In this document: positions 22,977-30,724 of the stretch, piece after piece | How the letters are laid out: each line of letters begins with the position of its first letter | Numbering within the stretch: the stretch's first letter is position 1 | Sequence record: MF385003.1 | Strand: one strand, 5' to 3' | DNA: 32,000 nt | Program-made: the position numbers and the translations under genes | Notes under the pieces: model-generated | What the model saw: only the letters and a program-made list of their open reading frames with translations | Databases searched by the model: none | What the model was told of the DNA's origin: nothing

Positions 22977-22986
22977 TTAATGCATA

Positions 22987-23118
22987 TTACTCTTCATGCT
23001 CTTCAAAAGGGTCTCTGAGATCCTTAGAAGCAGGACCAAATGCTGTATATATTGAGTAACCTGTAATACCTAGAAGTAAACTTGAAATAAAAATACTAAG
23101 AACTGTTGCAGTTTCCAT
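22987..23118 (-). CDS. psbN: Photosystem II protein N
   Basis: Not in the ORF track. [43 protein letters not shown] (43 aa), on the strand opposite psbB-psbT-psbH, the arrangement conserved in plastids and cyanobacteria. Confidence 0.93.
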   Translation of the reverse strand: METATVLSIFISSLLLGITGYSIYTAFGPASKDLRDPFEEHEE

Positions 23119-23204
23119 AATTCAAACAGTATTAAGATGAACTTTTTCTATAATAATATTATTAATATTAAAACATTTAATTATTAAATTAATCAAAATA
23201 TATT

Positions 23205-23408
23205 ATGGCACTTAGAACTAGACTGGGAGAAATTTTAAGACCTTTAAATTCAGAATATGGAAAAGTTGCACCAGGTTGGGGTACAACTCCCATTATGGGA
23301 ATTTTCATGCTGTTATTTTTCTTATTTTTACTGATAATTTTACAAATATATAATTCATCATTAGTGCTAGAAAATGTAGATGTAGATTGGGCTACTTTAG
23401 GTAGCTAA
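23205..23408 (+). CDS. psbH: Photosystem II phosphoprotein H
   Basis: 67 aa, ...[42 protein letters not shown]... Confidence 0.95.
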   Translation: MALRTRLGEILRPLNSEYGKVAPGWGTTPIMGIFMLLFFLFLLIILQIYNSSLVLENVDVDWATLGS

Positions 23409-23469
23409 GTGTAGCAATTCTTAAATGAACAGTTTAAATAATATTATACACAATCATAAAATATTATTT

Positions 23470-23504
23470 AAAACGACCGCTCTTATTACAAGAGCGGTCG
23501 TTTT
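23470..23504. terminator. GC-containing 15-bp stem / 5-nt loop hairpin between convergent psbH and psaE
   Basis: aaaacgaccgctctt-attac-aagagcggtcgtttt, flanked by A and T runs on either side (an intrinsic-terminator-like shape in both orientations). Confidence 0.7.
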
Positions 23505-23524
23505 AGAATACTATTTGAAGTTGA

Positions 23525-23713
23525 TTATTTTCCTAAATCAATTAATTCATTATCTGCAAAGCTATTAGTATTAACATTATTATAATTAACTTTTTCAAAT
23601 CGTACTAAAACAGGATATTTAATGCCACTTTTATCCATTGCTGCAACAGTTCCAATTTCTTGGTACCAGTATGACTCCTTTCTTAAAATTTTCACTTTAG
23701 AACCTCTTTCCAT
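23525..23713 (-). CDS. psaE: Photosystem I subunit IV (PsaE)
   Basis: [62 protein letters not shown] (62 aa). The 91-aa ORF-track version starts at a TTG (23800) and is not supported. Confidence 0.93.
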   Translation of the reverse strand: MERGSKVKILRKESYWYQEIGTVAAMDKSGIKYPVLVRFEKVNYNNVNTNSFADNELIDLGK

Positions 23714-23821
23714 TTTTAATTCCTTAGATAAATTATTGAACATCAATATATTTTCAAAATAACTAAACTGTTTAAAAACATATAAAATAATTACCGACAA
23801 GACTTTAATTTTGATAATAAA

Positions 23822-23906
23822 AGGAGAGAGAGGGATTCGAACCCTCGATAGCTTAAGCTATGACAATTTTCGAGATTGTTGCAATCAACCACTCTGCCAT
23901 CTCTCC
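23822..23906 (-). tRNA. trnS: tRNA-Ser (anticodon CGA), class II with long variable arm
   Basis: Hand fold: acceptor ggagaga/tctctcc, anticodon arm acaat-ctCGAaa-attgt, variable arm atagc-tta-gctat, T arm gaggg-ttcgaat-ccctc. Confidence 0.85.
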
Positions 23907-24109
23907 GGAGATAAGAAATTTTTCTTTAAATTAAACTAGGGTATCACAGAATAAAAGTAGTTGCCTAGAAATTTAAAACTATGTTAAATATAAATTATAA
24001 TCCTGCTATAAATATCTTTACAAGTTATGTAAATAATATGTATATCAGGTTATTAAAAGATTTTTAAATCTGATAATTTTTTTACTAAATAAATAAACGC
24101 TCTCATAAT

Positions 24110-25996
24110 ATGAAACTATCTTGGAAAACACTTCTGCTTTGGTCTTTACCAATCTTTGTAGTTGGTTTCTTTTTCTGGCAAGGTTTTTTAGGCCCAACTA
24201 CTACAGATGTAGGAAGTAATATTGCAAGTTCTAGAATGACATATGGACGATTTCTAGAATATTTAGATATGGGTTGGGTAAAACGAGTTGATTTGTATGA
24301 AAATAACCATACAGCAATCGTCGAAGCCGTTGGACCAGAGTTAGGTAATAGAGTACAACGTATTCGAGTTGAACTGCCAGCAAGCGCACCAGAATTAATT
24401 ACAAAACTACGTAAAGCTAACGTTGATTTAGATGCTCATCCTCCAAAAAGTACTAGCGCCGTTTGGGGATTATTAGGAAACCTATTATTCCCACTACTAT
24501 TAGTTGGTGGCTTAGCATTTTTATTTAGAAGATCTAATAATGCAAGTGGCGGTCCTGGACAAGCAATGTCATTTGGTAAGTCAAAAGCTCTTTTTCAAAT
24601 GGAAGCTAAAACAGGCGTAGTATTTAATGATGTTGCTGGTGTTGAGGAAGCAAAAGAAGAATTTCAAGAAGTAGTGACTTTTTTAAAACAACCAGAATCA
24701 TTTACTGCTGTTGGTGCTAAAATACCAAAAGGAGTACTACTAGTTGGACCTCCTGGTACAGGTAAAACATTATTAGCAAAGGCAATTGCAGGCGAAGCTG
24801 GAGTACCATTTTTTAGTATTTCTGGTTCAGAATTTGTAGAAATGTTTGTTGGTGTTGGAGCATCTCGTGTTCGGGACCTTTTTAAAAAGGCTAAAGATAA
24901 TGCACCTTGTATTGTTTTTATTGATGAAATTGATGCTGTTGGTCGACAAAGAGGCACAGGCGTTGGTGGAGGTAATGATGAACGAGAACAAACATTAAAC
25001 CAACTATTAACTGAAATGGACGGTTTCGAGGGGAATACTGGAGTTATTGTAATAGCAGCTACTAATAGGGCTGATATTCTGGATTCTGCTCTTCTGAGAC
25101 CAGGAAGATTTGATAGGCAAGTATCTGTAGATGTCCCTGATTTCAGAGGTAGATTAGCTATTCTTGAAGTACATGCAAAAAATAAAAAAATGGAATCCAA
25201 AGTTTCATTAGAAACTATAGCTAGACGAACTCCAGGTTTCTCTGGAGCTGATTTAGCTAATTTATTAAATGAAGCTGCTATTTTAACAGCAAGAAGAAGA
25301 AAAAATGCTATGACTATGTCTGAAATTGACACATCAATTGATAGAGTAGTAGCTGGAATGGAAGGGACACCTTTAATTGATAGCAAAAGTAAAAGACTAA
25401 TTGCTTATCATGAAGTTGGACATGCAATAATAGGAAGTTTATTAGAACATCATGACCCTGTTCAAAAAGTAACATTAATACCTAGAGGACAAGCTAGAGG
25501 ATTAACTTGGTTTACTCCAAGTGATGATCAAAGTTTAATTTCTCGTTCTCAAATACTGGCTCGTATTGTAGGAGCACTTGGAGGAAGAGCTGCAGAAGAA
25601 ATTATTTTTGGGGATGCAGAAGTTACGACTGGAGCAAGTAATGATTTACAACAAGTTACTTCAATGGCAAGACAAATGGTCACTCGTTTTGGAATGTCTA
25701 AAATTGGTCCATTATCATTAGAGAGTCAAGGGAGCGATCCATTTTTAGGAAGAGGAATGGGAGGAGGATCAGAGTACTCCGATGAAGTGGCTACAAATAT
25801 TGATAAACAAGTAAGAGAAATTGTAAGTGAATGCTATAAAGAAGCTAAAAAGATTATTAAAGATAATCGAGTGGTTATGGACAGGCTAGTCGACTTACTA
25901 ATCGAAAAAGAAACAATAGAAGGTCATGAATTTAGAGATATTGTGAAAGAATACACAGCTATTCCTGAAAAAAATTACTATATTTCTCAATTTTAA
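24110..25996 (+). CDS. ftsH: ATP-dependent zinc metalloprotease FtsH (ycf25)
   Basis: 628 aa, Walker A GPPGTGKT, Walker [13 protein letters not shown] region, Zn site HEVGHA. Confidence 0.98.
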   Translation: MKLSWKTLLLWSLPIFVVGFFFWQGFLGPTTTDVGSNIASSRMTYGRFLEYLDMGWVKRVDLYENNHTAIVEAVGPELGNRVQRIRVELPASAPELITKLRKANVDLDAHPPKSTSAVWGLLGNLLFPLLLVGGLAFLFRRSNNASGGPGQAMSFGKSKALFQMEAKTGVVFNDVAGVEEAKEEFQEVVTFLKQPESFTAVGAKIPKGVLLVGPPGTGKTLLAKAIAGEAGVPFFSISGSEFVEMFVGVGASRVRDLFKKAKDNAPCIVFIDEIDAVGRQRGTGVGGGNDEREQTLNQLLTEMDGFEGNTGVIVIAATNRADILDSALLRPGRFDRQVSVDVPDFRGRLAILEVHAKNKKMESKVSLETIARRTPGFSGADLANLLNEAAILTARRRKNAMTMSEIDTSIDRVVAGMEGTPLIDSKSKRLIAYHEVGHAIIGSLLEHHDPVQKVTLIPRGQARGLTWFTPSDDQSLISRSQILARIVGALGGRAAEEIIFGDAEVTTGASNDLQQVTSMARQMVTRFGMSKIGPLSLESQGSDPFLGRGMGGGSEYSDEVATNIDKQVREIVSECYKEAKKIIKDNRVVMDRLVDLLIEKETIEGHEFRDIVKEYTAIPEKNYYISQF

Positions 25997-26015
25997 AATT
26001 TTTTATTGTTTAAAA

Positions 26016-26089
26016 CGGGACTGACGGGATTCGAACCCGCAACTTCCGCCGTGACAGGGCGGTGCTCTAACCAGTTGAACTACAGTCCC
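26016..26089 (-). tRNA. trnD: tRNA-Asp (anticodon GUC)
   Basis: Hand fold: acceptor gggactg/cagtccc, anticodon arm ccgcc-ctGTCac-ggcgg, T-loop ttcgaat, discriminator G. Confidence 0.9.
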
Positions 26090-26106
26090 AAGAAACTCAT
26101 ATATAA

Positions 26107-26136
26107 ATATTCTCACAATAAACTTCGTATTGTCAA
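26107..26136 (-). promoter_or_regulatory. Sigma70/PEP-like promoter candidate upstream of trnD (proximal copy)
   Basis: Minus strand reads TTGACA (26136-26131), an 18-nt spacer ending in TGa, then GAATAT (26112-26107). The predicted start is about 10 nt upstream of the mature trnD 5' end (26089). The -10 element is weak. Confidence 0.35.
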
Positions 26137-26151
26137 ATTTTTTATATATAA

Positions 26152-26176
26152 GGAGAGAGAGGGATTCAAACCCCTC
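26152..26176 (-). pseudogene. Fragment of trnS(GCU): 3' acceptor strand plus a degenerate T arm only
   Basis: ggagagagagggattcaaacccctc versus the genuine ggagagagagggattcgaaccctc at 26230-26253. No 5' half, D arm or anticodon arm is present. Confidence 0.85.
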
Positions 26177-26184
26177 ATATATAA

Positions 26185-26214
26185 ATATTCTCACAATAAA
26201 CTTCGTATTGTCAA
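26185..26214 (-). promoter_or_regulatory. Second copy of the promoter-like element (distal unit of the duplication)
   Basis: Identical TTGACA (26214-26209) and GAATAT (26190-26185), 78 bp upstream of the proximal copy. Confidence 0.3.
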
Positions 26215-26228
26215 ATTTTTTATATATA

Positions 26229-26317
26229 AGGAGAGAGAGGGATTCGAACCCTCGGTACGGATTTAACCATACAGCAGATTAGCAATCTGCCGCTTTCGAC
26301 CACTCAGCCACCTCTCC
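26229..26317 (-). tRNA. trnS: tRNA-Ser (anticodon GCU), class II
   Basis: Hand fold: acceptor ggagagg/tctctcc (G7-U66), anticodon arm gcaga-ttGCTaa-tctgc, long variable arm, T arm gaggg-ttcgaat-ccctc. Confidence 0.9.
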
Positions 26318-26363
26318 ATTGAAATAATATGTTAGTATTGTAACACAGATATTAAAACATTTA

Positions 26364-26436
26364 TGGAGCTAAGCGGATTTGAACCGCTGACCCTCTCAAT
26401 GCCATTGAGATGCTCTACCAACTGAGCTATAACCCC
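26364..26436 (-). tRNA. trnA: tRNA-Ala (anticodon GGC)
   Basis: Hand fold: acceptor ggggtta/tagctcc containing the G3-U70 alanine identity pair. Anticodon arm tctca-atGGCat-tgaga. Confidence 0.9.
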
Positions 26437-26452
26437 TAGAAGTCTAAGTAAA

Positions 26453-26525
26453 TGGCTCAAGCGGGATTTGAACCTGCGACCTTGGGCTTATGAATCCCCT
26501 GCTCTAACCACTGAGCTACTGAGCC
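26453..26525 (-). tRNA. trnM: tRNA with CAU anticodon (elongator Met most likely; Ile-lysidine cannot be excluded from sequence alone)
   Basis: Acceptor ggctcag/ttgagcc, D arm gctc-agtggtta-gagc, loop ttCATaa. The anticodon stem has only 3 G-C pairs flanked by G-A and A-G mismatches. The T stem has an A51-C63 mismatch. Confidence 0.75.
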
Positions 26526-26685
26526 AGATATGTGCTATTACTAATTATTATACCATATAAAATTACTGAATTGAATACAAGAATTAATTTCTTATTTATA
26601 ATTCAGAATATTATGACTTCACTTATATTCTTACTATAAATGAATATAAATTTTTAAGTATAAGTATTTAATTTAAGAAAAATTT

Positions 26686-27540
26686 TTATACAACTAACAT
26701 TGAACCAATACCTTGATCAGTCAATATTTCTAGTAAAAGAGCATGATCAATTCTACCATCTAAAATATGTGCAGATGCAACGCCTTGAGCTAGAGAGCGA
26801 ATACAGCAGTCAACTTTGGGAATCATGCCTCCAGAGATAACAGCTGTCTGAGTTAAATCTCTTGCTTCTTGTATACTTAAATGACTGATTAAAGTTGTTA
26901 CATCTGATGGATTTCGCAAAATTCCAGGAGTATCTGTTAATAATATTAATTTTTCTGCGTTTAAAGCTGCTGCTATTTCTCCAGCAACTGTATCAGCATT
27001 AATATTATAAGACTGACCTTGCTTATCAGCAGCAACACTAGCTATGACTGGAATATAATTATTATTTATTAAAATTTCTAATAAATTAGTATCAACATTC
27101 TGTACCTCACCTACAAAACCAAGTTCAGGTTTACCACTTGGTCTTGGAATAATTAATAAACCATCCTTTCCTGATAAACCTACACTCTTACCACCTTGCT
27201 TATTAATACTTGCAACAAGATCTTTATTTACTCTACCGACTAAAACCATTTCTACAACATCCATAGTAGGTTGGTCGGTTACTCGAATACCATTCTCAAA
27301 TTGAGGCAAAATTTTTAATTGGTCTAGCCAGAAATTAATTTCTGGCCCACCACCATGAACTAGAATAGGACGTAAGCCAATAAAAGACAAAAACACTAAA
27401 TCACTTATTACTTGATCTTTTAATTTTGAGTTCTTCATAGCAGCTCCACCATATTTTATTACAATGATTCTAGAAGAAAACTTTTGAATATATGGTAATG
27501 CTTCGCTTAAAACTTTTACCCTTTCTGTGTTTGTCAACAT
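26686..27540 (-). CDS. argB: N-acetylglutamate kinase
   Basis: 284 aa, [36 protein letters not shown] motifs of the amino-acid kinase family / ArgB. Confidence 0.95.
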   Translation of the reverse strand: MLTNTERVKVLSEALPYIQKFSSRIIVIKYGGAAMKNSKLKDQVISDLVFLSFIGLRPILVHGGGPEINFWLDQLKILPQFENGIRVTDQPTMDVVEMVLVGRVNKDLVASINKQGGKSVGLSGKDGLLIIPRPSGKPELGFVGEVQNVDTNLLEILINNNYIPVIASVAADKQGQSYNINADTVAGEIAAALNAEKLILLTDTPGILRNPSDVTTLISHLSIQEARDLTQTAVISGGMIPKVDCCIRSLAQGVASAHILDGRIDHALLLEILTDQGIGSMLVV

Positions 27541-27676
27541 GAATAAGATAAAATTATGATAAATTTATTTGTAAGACTTATATTAATCTAACAAATAGTA
27601 ATAACTATTTCAAGACAATTAAAAAATAAACATAATACGAATAAATTAAATACTGCAATATATAAGGATTATAGTT

Positions 27677-27880
27677 ATGAGTCAGTTTTGGGACAATATT
27701 GTAAAATTTCCACGATTTTTAATAAGTGTTATTTTAGGATTAATTTTAACAATTATTAGTCCTTTTTTCGTGTTATTTAGGAAACCAGTAACAAGTTTTT
27801 TTTTCATCATATCATTTACCGGCTTACTGGTGATTTTAACGGCAATAATACAAAAAATGTTAAATATCGAGGGTTGTTGA
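27677..27880 (+). CDS. ycf33: Small two-TM conserved plastid protein, ycf33-like
   Basis: 67 aa, [27 protein letters not shown]... resembles the Ycf33 N-terminal FWxNxxxFPRF motif. AAGGA upstream. Assignment is from memory of the family. Confidence 0.6.
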   Translation: MSQFWDNIVKFPRFLISVILGLILTIISPFFVLFRKPVTSFFFIISFTGLLVILTAIIQKMLNIEGC

Positions 27881-27952
27881 GTATAATAAATAGATTTAAT
27901 TAAAATTTTTGAACATATATAATATTATATTATCATTAAACAAATAATTCTA

Positions 27953-27964
27953 TTTTTTTTTTTT
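27953..27964. repeat. T12 homopolymer in the ycf33-ilvB spacer
   Basis: Twelve consecutive T residues, read directly from the sequence. Confidence 0.9.
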
Positions 27965-27992
27965 ATGTAAAAAACAAGTATAAAAAATTTTT

Positions 27993-29765
27993 ATGACATT
28001 AAAACAAATAATTAGTTCCGAAAAAACTGGTGCTTTTGCTCTCTTAGATAGTATCGTTCGTCATGAGGTTGAGCATATATTTGGATATCCTGGCGGAGCT
28101 ATCTTACCAATTTATGATGAACTTTATAGTTGGGAGAAAAGTTCACTAATTAAGCATATTCTTGTAAGACATGAGCAAGGTGCCTCACATGCAGCAGATG
28201 CTTATTCTAGATCAACTGGGAAAGTTGGTGTATGTTTTGCTACCTCTGGACCAGGTGCCACCAATCTAGTATCTGGTATAGCTACTGCCCATATCGATTC
28301 TGTTCCTATACTAGCTATTACTGGTCAAGTTGGAAGACCTTTCATAGGAACAGATGCATTCCAAGAAGTTGATATTTTTGGTATTACATTACCTATTGTA
28401 AAACATTCATACGTAGTCCGTGATCCTAGAGATATGTCTAGAATTGTTGCTGAAGCATTTTATATCTGTAAACATGGCAGACCTGGCCCAGTCTTAATTG
28501 ATGTTCCAAAAGATGTTGGATTAGAAAAATTTAATTATTTTTCCGTTGAGCCAGGACAAATTAAAATTCCAGGTTGTAGACCAATATCAAATTTCAAATC
28601 TCGTCAAATAGTAATGGCTGCGAAAATGATTCAACAAGCAAGCCAGCCATTGTTATATATTGGAGGTGGAGCTATAATTTCCGATGCTCACGCCATAATT
28701 AAAGAACTAGTTGACTTATACAAAATTCCAGTAACTACTACTCTTATGGGAAAAGGTATTTTTAGTGAGGATAGCGAATTTTGCTTGGGTATGCTCGGAA
28801 TGCATGGGACTGCATATGCCAATTTTGCAGTTAGTGAATGTGATCTTCTAATTGCCTTAGGAGCCAGATTTGATGATAGAGTAACTGGTAAGTTAGATGA
28901 ATTTGCTTGTAATGCTCAAGTTATTCACGTAGACATTGATCCAGCCGAAGTTGGTAAAAACAGAATTCCTCAAGTCGCTATTGTTGGTGATGTCAAAGAA
29001 GTTGTTACTGCACTCCTGAATTTGTTGAGAACTAATTTTAAGCCTTATCCAGAGCAAATTATATCTTGGCAAGAGAGAATACACCGTTGGCGTCAACAAT
29101 ATCCTCTTTTAGTACCTAAAAAATCAACTAGCATTTCACCACAAGAAATACTTGTGACAACGAATCAATTAGCTCAAAATGCTTATTTTACTACTGATGT
29201 CGGTCAGCATCAAATGTGGTCAGCACAATTTCTTAAGGTGAAATCTAAACATTGGATTTCTAGTGCTGGATTAGGAACAATGGGCTATGGTTTGCCAGCA
29301 GCTATTGGTGCCCAAGTAGCACACCCTAATGAATTAATAATTTGCGTTAGTGGTGATTCAAGTTTTCAAATGAATATGCAAGAATTAGGAACTATTGCTC
29401 AATATCAATTACCTATAAAAATTATTATTATTAATAATCGTTGGCAAGGTATGGTTAGGCAATGGCAGCAAGCATTTTATGGTGAAAGATACTCTCATTC
29501 GCGAATGACAGAAGGAGCTCCTAATTTCCAAAAGCTTGCTGAAGCTTTTGGTATTAAAGCTTTCACTGTAAATAATAGACAAAATATGAAATCCTCTTTA
29601 GAAAACGCAATGAAGTACGCTGGCCCTGTTTTATTAGATTGTCAAGTAACTGAAAATGAAAATTGTTATCCAATGGTTGCACCAGGAAAAAGTAATGCAC
29701 AAATGATAGGAATAGCAAAACCACAAAGAGGAACTGCTTCTAATTATGTTAGTACAAATAGTTAA
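27993..29765 (+). CDS. ilvB: Acetolactate synthase (acetohydroxyacid synthase) large subunit
   Basis: 590 aa, ThDP enzyme: [41 protein letters not shown]...GDSSFQMN. Confidence 0.96.
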   Translation: MTLKQIISSEKTGAFALLDSIVRHEVEHIFGYPGGAILPIYDELYSWEKSSLIKHILVRHEQGASHAADAYSRSTGKVGVCFATSGPGATNLVSGIATAHIDSVPILAITGQVGRPFIGTDAFQEVDIFGITLPIVKHSYVVRDPRDMSRIVAEAFYICKHGRPGPVLIDVPKDVGLEKFNYFSVEPGQIKIPGCRPISNFKSRQIVMAAKMIQQASQPLLYIGGGAIISDAHAIIKELVDLYKIPVTTTLMGKGIFSEDSEFCLGMLGMHGTAYANFAVSECDLLIALGARFDDRVTGKLDEFACNAQVIHVDIDPAEVGKNRIPQVAIVGDVKEVVTALLNLLRTNFKPYPEQIISWQERIHRWRQQYPLLVPKKSTSISPQEILVTTNQLAQNAYFTTDVGQHQMWSAQFLKVKSKHWISSAGLGTMGYGLPAAIGAQVAHPNELIICVSGDSSFQMNMQELGTIAQYQLPIKIIIINNRWQGMVRQWQQAFYGERYSHSRMTEGAPNFQKLAEAFGIKAFTVNNRQNMKSSLENAMKYAGPVLLDCQVTENENCYPMVAPGKSNAQMIGIAKPQRGTASNYVSTNS

Positions 29766-29770
29766 TTAAT

Positions 29771-29842
29771 AGCCTTTGACGAGAATCGAACTCGTGACCT
29801 TCCCCTTACCAAGGGGATGCTCTACCACTGAGCCACAAAGGC
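29771..29842 (-). tRNA. trnT: tRNA-Thr (anticodon GGU)
   Basis: Hand fold: acceptor gcctttg/caaaggc, anticodon arm tcccc-ttGGTaa-gggga, T arm acgag-ttcgatt-ctcgt. Confidence 0.9.
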
Positions 29843-29854
29843 TTTTTATTTCAT

Positions 29855-29936
29855 TGGGCCGGGTTGGATTTGAACCAACGTAGGCGAAGCCAGCGGATTT
29901 ACAGTCCGCCCCCATTAACCACTCGGGCACCGACCC
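29855..29936 (-). tRNA. trnY: tRNA-Tyr (anticodon GUA), long variable arm
   Basis: Hand fold: acceptor gggtcgg/ccggccc, anticodon arm gcgga-ctGTAaa-tccgc, T-loop ttcaaat. Confidence 0.9.
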
Positions 29937-29977
29937 TAGTTAATTATCATTCATAATATCATAATATCACAATTGTG

Positions 29978-30003
29978 TATCTAAAAACAAGTGTTTTTAG
30001 ATA
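29978..30003. other. 12-nt inverted repeat (short hairpin) between trnV and trnY
   Basis: tatctaaaaaca-ag-tgtttttagata. AT-rich. Possible processing or stability element in an rpl19-trnV-trnY-trnT transcript. Confidence 0.4.
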
Positions 30004-30019
30004 TTATCTTGCGGAGTAA

Positions 30020-30093
30020 TGGACATGGCTGGACTCGAACCAGCGACTTTCACGATGTCGACGTGACACTCTAACCAGCTGAGTTACATGTCC
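30020..30093 (-). tRNA. trnV: tRNA-Val (anticodon GAC) with C at position 33
   Basis: All four stems are perfect (ggacatg/catgtcc, actc/gagt, tcacg/cgtga, gctgg/ccagc). The anticodon loop is tcGACat. Confidence 0.8.
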
Positions 30094-30144
30094 AAAACTT
30101 TAATTGATATTATAGCACGTTTGATTATTTTATTATCATACTTC

Positions 30145-30516
30145 CTAATCAAAAATTTGCTTTAAACGGCTAGCTTTACCTAAAAGATTTCTTAAATAAT
30201 AAAGTTTGGCTCTGCGCACTTTAGCTCTTCTTATAACCTTAGCAAAAGTTACGCGTGGTGAATTAAGAAAAAAAACGCGTTCAACACCAATACCTTGAAA
30301 TGAGCACCGTAATGTTAAACTATTATTTAAGCTTTTTCTTTTTTTTCTAGACAATACAACGCCTTCACATAATTGCTCCCGAGTTTTACTTCCTTCTTTG
30401 ACTAGTAAGCCTAATCTTATTGTATCACCAACTTTGATTTCTGGTAATTCTGCTTTCATTAAGGGTCTTTCTATGCTCTTCATGAGCAAACTTAATTTTA
30501 TATTATTGTCTTTCAT
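30145..30516 (-). CDS. rpl19: 50S ribosomal protein L19
   Basis: 123 aa, ...PEIKVGDTIRLGLLVKEGSKTREQLCEGVVLSRKK... An alternative in-frame ATG at 30483 (MKSIERP...) is also plausible. Confidence 0.9.
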   Translation of the reverse strand: MKDNNIKLSLLMKSIERPLMKAELPEIKVGDTIRLGLLVKEGSKTREQLCEGVVLSRKKRKSLNNSLTLRCSFQGIGVERVFFLNSPRVTFAKVIRRAKVRRAKLYYLRNLLGKASRLKQIFD

Positions 30517-30724
30517 TTAAAGAATTGAATGAATAATGTTTTGTTGCAATATTATACATTACAAAAACAAATATAGAAATTGTTAATGAGTATAAACTTT
30601 TTTAAATAAGATGATACAAATAAAGAATTAACATAAAAAAATAATTGGAAACCTTAAGTATTCATTACTTTTGTGTTATAGTTATTTACTATCAAAGGTA
30701 GTGGCATAATATGGAACACAAAAA

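Larger units (their letters stand above)
26096..26253. repeat. Tandem direct duplication, 2 units with a 78-bp period, near identical
   Basis: Unit 1 (26096-26176) and unit 2 (26174-26253) align base for base except G->A (26168 vs 26246) and one extra C (cccc vs ccc). The ORF-track peptide repeats [24 protein letters not shown] twice. Confidence 0.95.

Noticed and set aside
23714-23800. N-terminal extensions of psaE (to 23800), rpl13 (to 4058) and rpl23 (to 14399) in the ORF track
   Set aside because: All three extended starts are TTG codons. The extensions are not like the conserved protein N-termini, and an ATG with an upstream purine-rich motif sits at the conserved start.
24664-25386. 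240-aa ORF antisense to ftsH
   Set aside because: It lies entirely inside, and antisense to, a strongly conserved ftsH coding region. Its peptide is low-complexity (S/P/T/A-rich) with no recognisable motifs. This is a typical frame artefact opposite a long gene.
26096-26253. Possible CRISPR-like or minisatellite array
   Set aside because: There are only two units, directly abutting with no spacers and no cas genes, and the context is a plastid. A simple tandem duplication explains it fully.
26003-26266. 63-aa and 86-aa ORFs spanning trnD, the tandem repeat and trnS
   Set aside because: They read through tRNA genes. Their internally repeated peptide merely reflects the 78-bp (26-codon) DNA duplication. 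They are not coding.
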